Shown: positions 8,275 to 19,100 of the stretch, one piece after another
Layout of the letters: each line of letters begins with the position of its first letter
How positions within the stretch are numbered: the first letter of the stretch is position 1
Assembly (NCBI GenBank): GCA_963740315.1
Contig: CAVUDP010000002.1
Location: 2,304,001-2,368,000 of the forward strand
Direction: 5' to 3'
DNA length: 64,000 bases
From: an uncultured cyanobacterium
GTDB lineage: Bacteria; Cyanobacteriota; Cyanobacteriia; Cyanobacteriales; Nostocaceae
Translations under genes and position numbers: made by a program
Notes under the pieces: generated by a model
The model's input: only the letters and a program-made list of their open reading frames with translations
The model's database searches: none
Told to the model about the DNA's origin: nothing

Positions 8275-11070
8275 CTACTTATTCACCAACAAAGCAAAGG
8301 GGAAATCTTGGAGAATATCGCGTACCCAAAGTGCATCTTCCCCTTCTACTTGCTTTCCGGTAAAGACATCTTGCCACACAGAAGTTGAATCAGTAGGGGG
8401 AACAATGCGAGTTTCCTGCCAAACTTGTTCGCCGAAAGGATATTCACCCATCTCTACTAAAGAAGTAAAGAAGCGGGGTGCAATTACGATTACTTTTTGA
8501 TCTCCTAATTCTCTACTGAATCCGACTATATGAGTTTTTAAGCTTCCGACTATTGTTAGTTTTTCGTAGGTACCGCGTTGAAATAAGTCTAAGTATTCTC
8601 GACGTGCTTGCAAGGTTTTGTAAATCAAGAAAAGTTTGATTTTTCCGTCTTCGGGATTTTCAAGCAACTGGGCAATATAATCAACTAAATCCGCTTCGCT
8701 TTGAGATTTTATTTCTTCAAGATACTTTTCTCGCATCGAGAAGTCTACCGGACGGCGGTTGTCTGGATCTACTAAACTAAAATCCCAAAGTTCGGTTCCT
8801 TGATAAATATCGGGAAGCCCCGGTGAGGTAAGTTTTATTAATGCTTGAGAAAGAGAACTTAAGATCCCGTAATGCTGAATTTTTTCTTCAAAAGGACGGA
8901 AAGCTTTTAAAAATTGATTGTCTTCACTATCCTTTAAAACTCTTTCGGCAAAGTTAGTAAAGCCGTCTTCGTAATCGCTATCATTTTTCAACCATGCGGT
9001 ATGAACTTTTGCTTCTCGAATTGCTTTAATAATATACTCTTTGATTCGTTCTACAAAAGCGGGATACTCTTCTTTACTAAAGGGAAAAGCACCGATCAGG
9101 GTTTGATAGAACAAATATTCATCGTTAGAAGTTGGTATATCTCGTCCGCCGACGCTATCTTTATGAGATGCGTTAATTTCGCGCCATTGTTTCAAATTTT
9201 GTTCCCATTCTTCGGGAATCTCCGATAAAACGTTAATTCTAGTTCTGACATCTTCCCCGCGTTTGGTATCGTGGGTAGATGTGGTATTCATTGTATGCGG
9301 CCAATTCGCAATCTGCTTGGAATTGTAAGCGTGAAAGTCTTCTAAAGATACGCCAAAAGCACCGGGATGCGAGCCAACTTCATTGAGGGAAACCAATCTG
9401 TTGTACACATACAGTACGGTATCTTCCACACCTTTCGCCATTAAAGGTCCGGTAAACTGCTGCAATCTCATTAAGAAACGCAACCATTCTTCTCTATCTT
9501 CCTCTGTAAGATGACCGTCGTACTCTAAGAGTAGAAATTTTTCAATAAAGTTGAGTTCGTTGAGAAAGTTGGGAATATTCTTTTTAGCTTGAGTCATTAC
9601 CCGCTCAATATATTCCCTGTCGGCGGAACTTGCTCCCCCATTATTAATGTATGTGCGATAAACCGGAAATACTGCCAAAATTTCAACCAAAGCCGCTTTT
9701 AAGCCGTACATTGTAAAATCGCTAGCATGACGGTTGCCACCAGATATTTTTTTGAAAAGATGAGCTAAATTCTCAATATCTCCGGCTAAATGTTTCTCGA
9801 TAATTAATCTTTTATTCTTGTCTATCAACTCTTCGCAAGAAGCAGCTTTACCGATAAAACTATAGTAGATATTATCAAATTGCTCTTCGTTTGATTGCTC
9901 GCAGAAAATACCATTGAGCTGGTTGAGAAAATCGTATCCTGTAGTTCCTTGAATGGGCCAAGTTATCGGTAATTCTTCTTCTGGTTCGAGGATTTTTTCG
10001 ACAATTAGGTAAACTTCCGGTGCTTTTTCTCGGAGTCTATTTAGATATTGCGCCGGATCGTATAAACCATCTATATGATCGATTCTCAATCCATCAAATT
10101 TACCTTCTTCAACTAATTCTAAAATCAGTGAATGAATAGTTTCAAAGACATTTTCATCTTCAACACGAAGCGATATTAGATCGTTAACTGTAAAAAAACG
10201 TCTGTAATTGAGTTCTTCATTCCCAACTTTCCAATAAGCAAGACGATAAAATTGCTCTGCTAATAAGTTTTCTAATAAATCAAAGCTTTCCGGTTCCCCT
10301 GTTTCTCCATTAAAAGTAGCAACATTTTCTTCAATATATTCTTTTACCTCCGGAGAATCATTCCACAGTTCCCATAACATTCTTTTAACAAAACTGATTT
10401 GGTCTTGTCTTTCTCTTCCCTCTTCACCAGATGGGGTATACTTCAATGTATAAAGAACACCCAAAAGTTTAACGAAAGCAGCATTATCTCTACCAAGTTT
10501 TTCCTGCAACCGTCCCAAATTGTATGTCAAAACTTGACTGTAAGATTCAATACGGATAGGAAATTTCAGAGAATAATAGTTAATAGTTAAACCATTTTTT
10601 TCGTACTGAATTTGTAATTCACCACTTTCGAGACAATCACCGCAAAATTTCCCCAAAAATGGCGCTAACACTTTACCATTATTTTTCGGGTAATGGTGGT
10701 TCCAGTCAATATCAAAAAAGTCTCTATACTTAGAATCTGGACCATTTTCCAAAACATCAATCAACATCTCATTTTGGCTATCAAAAGCCATATGATTGGG
10801 TACAATATCTTGAACCCAGTTGATGTTTAATTCTTGAAGCTGTTCTACTAATTTATGGAATTGTTCTGCACCTCCCAATTCTGGGTCAATTTCACGAGGA
10901 TTAACCGCATCATAACCGTGAGTACTACCTTTCCTAGAAGTCAGAATTGGAGAAGCATATAAATGAGAAACACCTAGCTGTTCTAAATAAGAAGCAATTT
11001 TTTGTGCTGCTGTAAAACCAAAGTTAGGAGTAAACTGAATCCGATATGTTGCTAAAGGTATTTGCATCAT
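8275..11070 (-). CDS. treY: Malto-oligosyltrehalose synthase
   Basis: ATYRIQF, GSTHGYD, DIVPNHM, GLRIDHIDGL, VEKIL, STHDTKRGED, LVDPDNRRPVD. Confidence 0.97.
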   Translation of the reverse strand: MMQIPLATYRIQFTPNFGFTAAQKIASYLEQLGVSHLYASPILTSRKGSTHGYDAVNPREIDPELGGAEQFHKLVEQLQELNINWVQDIVPNHMAFDSQNEMLIDVLENGPDSKYRDFFDIDWNHHYPKNNGKVLAPFLGKFCGDCLESGELQIQYEKNGLTINYYSLKFPIRIESYSQVLTYNLGRLQEKLGRDNAAFVKLLGVLYTLKYTPSGEEGRERQDQISFVKRMLWELWNDSPEVKEYIEENVATFNGETGEPESFDLLENLLAEQFYRLAYWKVGNEELNYRRFFTVNDLISLRVEDENVFETIHSLILELVEEGKFDGLRIDHIDGLYDPAQYLNRLREKAPEVYLIVEKILEPEEELPITWPIQGTTGYDFLNQLNGIFCEQSNEEQFDNIYYSFIGKAASCEELIDKNKRLIIEKHLAGDIENLAHLFKKISGGNRHASDFTMYGLKAALVEILAVFPVYRTYINNGGASSADREYIERVMTQAKKNIPNFLNELNFIEKFLLLEYDGHLTEEDREEWLRFLMRLQQFTGPLMAKGVEDTVLYVYNRLVSLNEVGSHPGAFGVSLEDFHAYNSKQIANWPHTMNTTSTHDTKRGEDVRTRINVLSEIPEEWEQNLKQWREINASHKDSVGGRDIPTSNDEYLFYQTLIGAFPFSKEEYPAFVERIKEYIIKAIREAKVHTAWLKNDSDYEDGFTNFAERVLKDSEDNQFLKAFRPFEEKIQHYGILSSLSQALIKLTSPGLPDIYQGTELWDFSLVDPDNRRPVDFSMREKYLEEIKSQSEADLVDYIAQLLENPEDGKIKLFLIYKTLQARREYLDLFQRGTYEKLTIVGSLKTHIVGFSRELGDQKVIVIAPRFFTSLVEMGEYPFGEQVWQETRIVPPTDSTSVWQDVFTGKQVEGEDALWVRDILQDFPFALLVNK

Positions 11071-11083
11071 GACGATTTGAAAT

Positions 11084-11372
11084 GTTAGTTGTTAGTTGTT
11101 AGTTGTTAGGAGTTAGGAGTTAGGAGTTAGGAGTTTTTCTATGCTTTCTCCCCATCTCCCCATCTCCCCCGCACCCCATCTCCCCATCTCCCCCGCTCGC
11201 CGCACGCTCCGCGTGAACGGGTTGCGCCACTTCTCTCAACGGTCGTGTTCCTCCGCACGTTTTGGGCTTACCATCTCCCCATCTCCCCCGAACCCCATCT
11301 CCCCATCTCCTTGTCCAGCGCTCACTGGTCACTTGGTCACACTGGTCACTGGTAACTGGTAATTGGTCACTG
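11084..11372. repeat. Composite STRR-type tandem array (GTTAGTT, GTTAGGA, CCCCATCT, GGTCACT) with an embedded GC-rich mini-element at about 11194-11270
   Basis: Direct reading of tandem units between treZ and treY. Confidence 0.9.
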
Positions 11373-13199
11373 ATTACCGTAAACCACAACGCTGTAGGGA
11401 TTAATATTCATCGTTGGGTCACTTTCTCCGTCCAGTTTCTCTGGTAACTGGGAACCCGTTCCTCCCCAAGTTTCTTCGCTCGAATCAAGTATTTTTTTCC
11501 AAGCGCCACTAGGTATATTTTCTGCAATTTTAACAGTTTCCGAGCCAAAGTTAAGCCAGCAAAGAATTTCACTGTCTTCATGCTGTCTTTTGATGTATAA
11601 AACTTTTTCTGGTTCGAGTACCGTCGCTTCTAATTTATTCCTATCTAAGTTCCTCAATGCGGGAATGTCTCTTCGCATTTGCAGTAATTTTTGGTGGAAC
11701 AACCACAGCTTTTGATGCTCTCCGGTTTTATGCTTGTCCCAATCTAATCGCGATTTTTCAAGGGTTTCTTCTGCTTGCGGATCTGGTGCTTCTTCTCCAC
11801 CAATTTCGTGGAATGCCGCAAATTCTTCTTTTCTACCTTTTCTGACTGCTTCGATTAAATCGCGATCGCCATGATTGACAAAGTACAAAAATGGTGCTGT
11901 TTCCCCGTATTCTTCTCCCATAAATAGCATGGGAATATATGGTGCAAGTAATAGCGCTGCTGCTGTCAGTTTCAAAGCTTCAAAGGATATCAATGTCGAA
12001 AGTCTATCCCCCAACATTCGATTCCCTACCTGGTCGTGGTTTTGGGCACATACCACAAACTGACTCGAAGCACAATCGCTGGGATCTTCACCATGATATC
12101 TATGGCGGAAATTAGAGTAATCCCAAGTATAAACAAATCCTTTACGATAAATTTTCGCTAACTGCTCTAAATCACCAAAATCCTCGTAATACCCGTTGTT
12201 TTCACCCGTTACTACCGTATGTAAAATATGGTGAAAATCGTCACTCCACTGGGCATCAATACCGTATCCACCCACTTCTTTTGAGCGAATAATACGCGGA
12301 TCGTTGAGGTCGCTTTCGGCAATTAAATAATATTGACGACCCTTTTTCTGCTCTAACTGAGTTACAGCTTCAGCCATTTCTGCCAAAATATGCTTTGCAC
12401 CAAAGTCGTAAATAGCATGAACCGCATCCAAGCGCAATCCATCTAAATGGTAATTTTCCAACCAATACAAAACGTTTTGGACAAAGTAATTCCGCACCCC
12501 ATCGCTATAAGCATCATCAAAATTAATAGCGCTACCCCAAGGAGTTTTATATTTCTCGGTAAAGTATGTTCCGAAACCCCACAAATAATTTCCTTCGGGT
12601 CCGAGGTGGTTGTAAACTACATCTAAAACTACCGCAATACCGATTTTGTGGCAGGCATCAACCAGTTTTTTCAAACCATCAACACCACCATAGGTATTTT
12701 GTACCGCGTATGGGAAAACACCATCGTAACCCCAGTTGCGACTGCCGGGAAACTGAGCCACGGGCATGATTTCAATGGTATTTACGCCTAATTCTCGCAA
12801 CTCCGATAACCGAGGAATTATCGATTCAAAAGTCCCTTCTTCGGTAAAAGTTCCTACGTGCAACTCGTAGATAACCATTTCTTCTAAAGGAACACCCCCC
12901 CAGCCGTCATCATTCCACTTAAAGCTGGCGTGGTCAACTATTTCCGAAGCACCGTGAACCCCTTGCGGTAAAGAATTTGCAGCAGGATCGGGTCTATCCG
13001 TTTCACCATCAAGCTGATAATAATACAGAGTACCGGGTTTTATATCTGCGATCGAACCCTGCCAATAACCCCGTTCATCTTTTTCCAGAGGGACTACTTT
13101 ATCTTCGGGATCGACTAAATGAACCGCAACCTCTCCGAATAAAGGTGCCCAGAGAGTAAAGGTGCAAGTATTGTTTGAATATTCAGAACCGATATGCAT
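11367..13199 (-). CDS. treZ: Malto-oligosyltrehalose trehalohydrolase
   Basis: YELHVGTF, NWGYDGV, DVVYNHLGPEGNY, GLRLDAVH, IAESD, QNHDQVGNR. Confidence 0.97.
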   Translation of the reverse strand: MHIGSEYSNNTCTFTLWAPLFGEVAVHLVDPEDKVVPLEKDERGYWQGSIADIKPGTLYYYQLDGETDRPDPAANSLPQGVHGASEIVDHASFKWNDDGWGGVPLEEMVIYELHVGTFTEEGTFESIIPRLSELRELGVNTIEIMPVAQFPGSRNWGYDGVFPYAVQNTYGGVDGLKKLVDACHKIGIAVVLDVVYNHLGPEGNYLWGFGTYFTEKYKTPWGSAINFDDAYSDGVRNYFVQNVLYWLENYHLDGLRLDAVHAIYDFGAKHILAEMAEAVTQLEQKKGRQYYLIAESDLNDPRIIRSKEVGGYGIDAQWSDDFHHILHTVVTGENNGYYEDFGDLEQLAKIYRKGFVYTWDYSNFRHRYHGEDPSDCASSQFVVCAQNHDQVGNRMLGDRLSTLISFEALKLTAAALLLAPYIPMLFMGEEYGETAPFLYFVNHGDRDLIEAVRKGRKEEFAAFHEIGGEEAPDPQAEETLEKSRLDWDKHKTGEHQKLWLFHQKLLQMRRDIPALRNLDRNKLEATVLEPEKVLYIKRQHEDSEILCWLNFGSETVKIAENIPSGAWKKILDSSEETWGGTGSQLPEKLDGESDPTMNINPYSVVVYGNQ

Positions 13200-13211
13200 G
13201 GCTGATTGGTA

Positions 13212-13470
13212 GATGGGTAATTGGTAATTGGTAATGGGGGATGGGGGATGGGGAGATGGGGGGAAAAGGGGACAAGGGGATGGGGAGATGGGGGGATGGG
13301 GAGATGGGGGGAAAAGGGGACAAGGGGATGGGGAGATGGGGGGATGGGGAGAAAATTATTAATTATCAACTTCAAATTCCTAACTCCTCATTCCGGTGGT
13401 CATAACTCCTCATTCCGGTGGTCCTAACTCCTAACTCCGGTGGTTTTAACTATCCTCAATCCCCCATGCC
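13212..13470. repeat. Composite STRR array (GGGGAGAT/GGGGACAA block, then CTCCTAA block)
   Basis: Tandem octamers/heptamers including a duplicated block; between glgX and treZ. Confidence 0.9.
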
Positions 13471-13474
13471 CTTT

Positions 13475-15628
13475 TTATTCATCATCATATTCTTGGTTAA
13501 CTCTACCAAGCCTCTGAAGGATGATTATAGAACGCGCTTCTACGTTGATTGGCTTATCTTCGATGTAGCGTTTACCGCGCTGTACAAATCTAGGTTTGGT
13601 GGTGTCGAGAATAGTTACCCACTCCCATTCTTGCAATTCTGGAGGAATGGTAAATTCCAACATTTCGTAATGAGCGTTGAATGAGATTAAGAAACTTTCA
13701 TCAATGATGCGTTCGCCTCTAGGTCCTGGTGAACCTATTCCTTCGCCGTTGAGGAAGATTCCAATCGCTTTGGCATAACCGCTATTCCATTGTTCTTCCG
13801 TCATTTTACCGCCATCGGGGTTAAACCAAGAAATATCGGTAACACCCGTACCGCGAATTGCTCTACCTTGGAACCACTTACGCCTTCTAAATACTGGGTG
13901 TCGGCGACGAAAGTCGATTAATTGACGGGTAAAGTCGAGTAAATTCTCGTTTTCTTCTTGTAAATCCCAATCTAACCAGGAAAGCTCGTTATCTTGACAG
14001 TAAGGATTGTTGTTTCCTCCTTGGCTTCTTCCCATTTCGTCACCCATGACTAACATGGGTACGCCTTGGGAAAGGAATAAGGTAACTAGAAAGTTGCGTC
14101 GCTGTTTTTTCCGCACTCTCTCAATGGCTAAATCTTCAGTTTCTCCTTCTGCACCGCAATTCCAGGAACGATTGTGACTTTCTCCATCGCGGCTCTCTTC
14201 ACCGTTGGCTTCGTTGTGTTTCTCGTTGTAACTTACTAAGTCATTTAACGTAAAACCATCATGAGCGGTAATAAAGTTAACACTTGCGCTGGGGCTGCGT
14301 CCGTTCAGCTCGTAAAGATCGGAACTACCCGTAAAACGATAGGCAAATTCTGCTAGGCTACTGTCTTCTCCTCGCCAGAAGTCTCGTACTGTATCCCGAT
14401 ATTTTCCATTCCATTCCGACCATAATAAGGGAAATTCACCTACCTGGTAGCCTCCTTCACCAACATCCCAAGGTTCGGCGATCAATTTCACGTCTGCTAA
14501 AACCGGGTCTTGGTGGATAATATCGAAGAATGCTGCTAATTTATCGACTGCGTATAATTCTCTAGCTAAAGCTGATGCTAAGTCAAAACGGAAACCATCT
14601 ATGTGACATTCCAACACCCAGTACCGCAAACTATCCATAATTAGCTTGAGTATTTGGGGATGGCGCACGTTGAGGGAATTACCGCAACCAGTAAAGTCCA
14701 TGTAGTAGCGTAAATCGCCGTCTACCAAACGGTAGTAACAAGCATTATCAATACCGCGCAAAGATATAGTCGGACCCATGTGGTTTCCTTCACCCGTATG
14801 GTTGTAAACCACGTCAAGGATGACTTCTATCCCAGCTTGATGCAGCCGCTTGACCATGTGCTTAAACTCTTTAAGCTGCTGTCCCAAACTACCGCTAGCG
14901 CTATAACCAGAATAAGGAGCTAGATAACAGATTGAATCGTAGCCCCAATAGTTTTTCATCTTCTTACTAACTAAATGTCCGGGCTGCGATAAAAAATGAT
15001 GAATGGGCATCAATTCCACTGCCGTAATACCCAGAGATTGGAGATGAGAAATAGCCGCAGGGTGGGCGAGTCCGGCATAAGTTCCCCGTAGTTTTGCGGG
15101 GATTTCTTCATGTAGCTTAGTTAACCCTTTAACATGGGTTTCGTAAATTATCGTTTCGTGCCAAGGCGTTTGTAGAAGTTGATCTCCTTCCCAGTCAAAG
15201 CTTTTATCTACAACCACCGATTTGGGAATTAAATGTGCATCATTCAATTCTGAAAATCCCAAATCATCTTTGGGATCGTCCCAACGATATCCAAAAATTT
15301 CCTCACCAAAACCGATATCTCCATCGACCGCACAAGCATAGGGATCGATTAATAATTTATTTGGGTTGAACCGATGTCCTTCATGAGGAGCAAACGGACC
15401 GTGAACTCTAAACCCATAGCGCTGACCGGGACCAATAGAAGGAACGTAACCGTGCCAAGTAAAGTTACTAACTTCTCGTAAACTTAATCGAGTTTCTCGT
15501 CCTTCCTTATCAAATAAACACAACTCTACCGCCGTCGCGTTTTCTGAGAATAAAGCAAAATTAGTACCCTTGCCATCCCAGTTCGCGCCTAAAGGATAAG
15601 GTTTACCGGGCCATAGTGAGAGGTACAT
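13475..15628 (-). CDS. glgX: Glycogen debranching enzyme/isoamylase (GlgX/TreX)
   Basis: PYPLGA, NYWGY, DVVYNHT, GFRFDLA, IAEPWD, TAHDGFTL, NNNPYCQDN. Confidence 0.97.
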   Translation of the reverse strand: MYLSLWPGKPYPLGANWDGKGTNFALFSENATAVELCLFDKEGRETRLSLREVSNFTWHGYVPSIGPGQRYGFRVHGPFAPHEGHRFNPNKLLIDPYACAVDGDIGFGEEIFGYRWDDPKDDLGFSELNDAHLIPKSVVVDKSFDWEGDQLLQTPWHETIIYETHVKGLTKLHEEIPAKLRGTYAGLAHPAAISHLQSLGITAVELMPIHHFLSQPGHLVSKKMKNYWGYDSICYLAPYSGYSASGSLGQQLKEFKHMVKRLHQAGIEVILDVVYNHTGEGNHMGPTISLRGIDNACYYRLVDGDLRYYMDFTGCGNSLNVRHPQILKLIMDSLRYWVLECHIDGFRFDLASALARELYAVDKLAAFFDIIHQDPVLADVKLIAEPWDVGEGGYQVGEFPLLWSEWNGKYRDTVRDFWRGEDSSLAEFAYRFTGSSDLYELNGRSPSASVNFITAHDGFTLNDLVSYNEKHNEANGEESRDGESHNRSWNCGAEGETEDLAIERVRKKQRRNFLVTLFLSQGVPMLVMGDEMGRSQGGNNNPYCQDNELSWLDWDLQEENENLLDFTRQLIDFRRRHPVFRRRKWFQGRAIRGTGVTDISWFNPDGGKMTEEQWNSGYAKAIGIFLNGEGIGSPGPRGERIIDESFLISFNAHYEMLEFTIPPELQEWEWVTILDTTKPRFVQRGKRYIEDKPINVEARSIIILQRLGRVNQEYDDE

Positions 15629-15772
15629 ACCATCGAACTCCTAATAAAAACGAATAATTCTGCAATGCACTCAAGTATTAATAAGATACTAAATCTTCTC
15701 CAATCATTTTAAAGCTTGATTGAATAACTGATTAGGTTTTACCCCCATAGAAATAGAACAAATATACCTCTA

Positions 15773-16110
15773 TGGGGGGAAGAGAGAGATGGGGGGATGG
15801 GGAGATGGTAAGCCCAAAACGTGCGGAGGAACACGACCGTTGAGAGAAGTGGCGCAACCCGTTACTCTAACGAGTCGTGCCGCGAGTAAGGCTTGCGTCG
15901 CCTGAAAGGCGATACACGCGGAGCGTGCGGCGAGCGGGGAGAGGGGGTAGATGGGGGAGACAAGGGGACAAGGGGAAATCCTAACTCCTAACTTTTAATG
16001 CCCAATGCCCAATGCCCAATGCCCTATTCCCAACTCTCAATTCCGGTGGTCCCAACTCCGGTGGTCCCTACTCCCTACTCCCTATTCCCAACTCCTCACC
16101 TTTAACCTTT
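15773..16110. repeat. Composite STRR array with embedded nested mini-element (15809-15936)
   Basis: G-rich octamers followed by CTCCTAA/CCCAATG heptamers; the GC-rich core is the reverse complement of 11194-11270 plus a 51-bp insert. Confidence 0.88.
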
Positions 16111-16135
16111 AATATGCAGACCTACTCCCCTTGCC

Positions 16136-19100
16136 CTATGCCGTTTCCAAAAGTTCTAAAATACGATGCATCGGTACTTCCACCCAGTTAGGACGGTTTT
16201 TGAGTTCGTGTTCTAGTTCGACGATCGCTTTTTCTAGTATGAATCCATCTAAAAGTAGTTCTAGTTCTGATGGTTCCGAAGGTAGGAAGGGTGCGCCTTT
16301 AGCTGTACTTAAGTAGGATTTCAAAAAGGCGACACTCGACCAAGTGTAGAAAAATTGCGTCCATTGCTCCATCAATGGCAAGTCATCTGGAACAATAATT
16401 CCACTTTCTTTTTCATTCCGTAAAGCTATACGGCTTGAATAGTAGAAGGATTCTATCATTCCGGCGACATCGCGCAGGGGCGATCGCTTCATGCGTCGTT
16501 CGCTTAACGGACGGGTTTGATCGCCTTCAAAGTCAATGATGATAAAGTCTTTACCCGTATACAGCACTTCGTTGAGACATAAATTACCGTGGGTGCGAGT
16601 TCGCATGGCGGTGATTTTTTGGTTGAGTATTGATTTGAGTCGAGCTAATATCATTTCTCGATTGTTCAATACCACTTGTGCTACGGGTTGAAGTTCGCTC
16701 GGTAACTGTATCAAGTGCTTTTTCAACAGCAGCAATACTTGTCCTGCTTGATTCCGCATATATTGGTAAATCGAGCGCTGGTAAAAGGAAGTAAATTGCT
16801 CTGGGGCAAAATTGGGGTCATCTGCGTCGGATGCTAATGCTAAGTGCATTTCGGCTGTACGCTCGCCTAATAGTTGAGCATTCCGCAAATAGGTGCCAAT
16901 CATTTCCTGCGCTAAGTCCGGAATTTCGGTTTCTAATGCTGCTGACAACAACGAAGATGGTAAATCGATATCGGCAACAGCGTCTATTTGCGTTACCTGC
17001 ACTTGTTCAAAAAAGTCTCGCAGGCTATCAAGACTATATTCCCAACCATCTCTGATATCGGGAATAAATTTTTGCAAAATTCCCAACGTCATTGTCTCAA
17101 AGCCTTTACGGCTGTAGTTTAAGCTACCAGCAACGGGAGCAAAGTTTTCTACACCGGGTAGTCCTTTTGTTGCCGAAGCGTGAGTGAGAAACTGACCTAC
17201 TTCTAAATCGGGGTTGATGCCTTCTCCTACTACCTTACGAAATAGTTTGCACATCAGGCGATCGCCATACACTACGCAGGTATTCTTATGTTCTCCACGT
17301 AACATATGCGCTTCTAAATGTACTTTGAGTGCGTGGCTGGAAGCAGCACCTGCTAGCTCGGTAAAATCTTTGCTGGCTTCTGCAATTAGTTCGCCTGCCA
17401 TGCCTTTGTAAGTCTTTTTGTTGGCAATGGCTTCGAGAGGGAAGTTGAGAAATTCTTTGTCTGCGAGGGCATCAAACAATAGCCCAACTTCTTTCTTGCT
17501 GCGTATTTCGATATTAGCTACAACTTCCTCGCGGTAGGAACCAAAGCGTTCGTTGTTGATACCCTCGACTTCGTAAGCTAAGTGTAATACGTAGATTTCG
17601 GGATTGCCTTCAGTGTAGTCTAACTGTACTAAAACAACTGCCGCTTCTAAGGAACGGAAGGAAACGGGTATTGCCTCGATAATATGACCGGACTGGATTA
17701 CCCGGCTTTTACCGTCAAACCAATTACAGGCACACATATAATCTGGCAAAATTCCTTCCAATGCTGCCTTTGTTTCAGTTTTGGTAAAAATATTCTGCCA
17801 ATTGTCGCTAACGACTAAAGTTGGTATTTGATTTTGAGGTCTTACCGGACAGGTAATATTTGTTTGTACTTGCAGGGTAAACCAGTAAAACGCATGGGGC
17901 GCTAAACTCATGAAATAAGGCGTATCGTCAATTGCTGGAAATGTGGTGCGTCCGAAGATTTCCACCGGAATCATGGCGTTAAATGCTGACAAGTCTAACT
18001 CTACTGTCTGCACGAAACGGGACAAATTAGTTACAACCAGAATATGTTCGCCGTTGTAGGTACGAGTAAACGCCAAAACCTTGCGATTTTCTGGATAAAG
18101 TAATTCAAAAGTACCCCTACCAAAAGCTTGGAAGCGTCCGCGAGTTGCAATCAAGCGTTTCGTCCACCACCATAGGGAGTTGCGGTTTTCTCGTTGGGCT
18201 TCAACGTTAACCGCCTCAAAATGATATTCTGGGTCAATAATTACCGGAGCGTAAAGCTTGTGGGGATTGCAACGACTAAAACCACCATTGCGATCGGCGC
18301 TCCACTGCATCGGAGTCCGCACCCCGTTGCGATCGCCTAAATAAATATTGTCCCCCATGCCGATTTCATCGCCGTAATACAGTACTGGGGTTCCAGGCAG
18401 CGACATTAATAAAGCATTCATTACTTCCGTGCGCCGTCGATTATTCCCCATCAACGGTGCTAAACGGCGACGAATACCCAAATTCAACCTTGCTTGCTGG
18501 TCTTGTGCGTAGACGCGATACATATAATCGCGGTCTTCATCGCTAACCATTTCCAAAGTCAACTCATCGTGATTCCGCAAAAATAATGCCCATTGACAGT
18601 TATCGGGAATCGGCGGTGTTTGCTGCAAAATATCGATAATCGGGAAACTATCTTCCATTTGCAGCCCCATGAATAAACGCGGCATCAAGGGGAAATGGAA
18701 ATTCATGTGACATTCATCCCCATCGCCGTAATACTCTACAGCATCTTCGGGCCACTGGTTTGCTTCAGCCAGCAACATCCGATTGGGATACTTCTCGTCC
18801 ATGTGTTGGCGTAATTTCTTCAAAAAGGCGTGAGTTTCCGGTAGGTTTTCGCAACTGCTGCCTTCACGCTCGTATAGATACGGTACGGCATCCAATCGCA
18901 TCGCATCTACACCCAAATCCAACCAAAAATCCACCACATCAAACAGCGCTTGCTGCATTTGAGGACTTTCAAAATTCAAGTCCGGCTGGTGAGAATAAAA
19001 ACGGTGCCAATAGTAAGATTTTGCAACGGGGTCCCAAGTCCAGTTAGAAGTTTCAAAATCCTTAAAGATGATTCGTGCTTCTTCATACTTTTCTAGAGTA

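Noticed and set aside
11120..11447. Pro/Ser/His- or Gly/Arg/Trp-rich ORFs in the track (also 13115-13427, 21001-21343, 35104-35842, 38463-38831)
   Set aside because: They are translations of STRR octamer/heptamer arrays, not proteins
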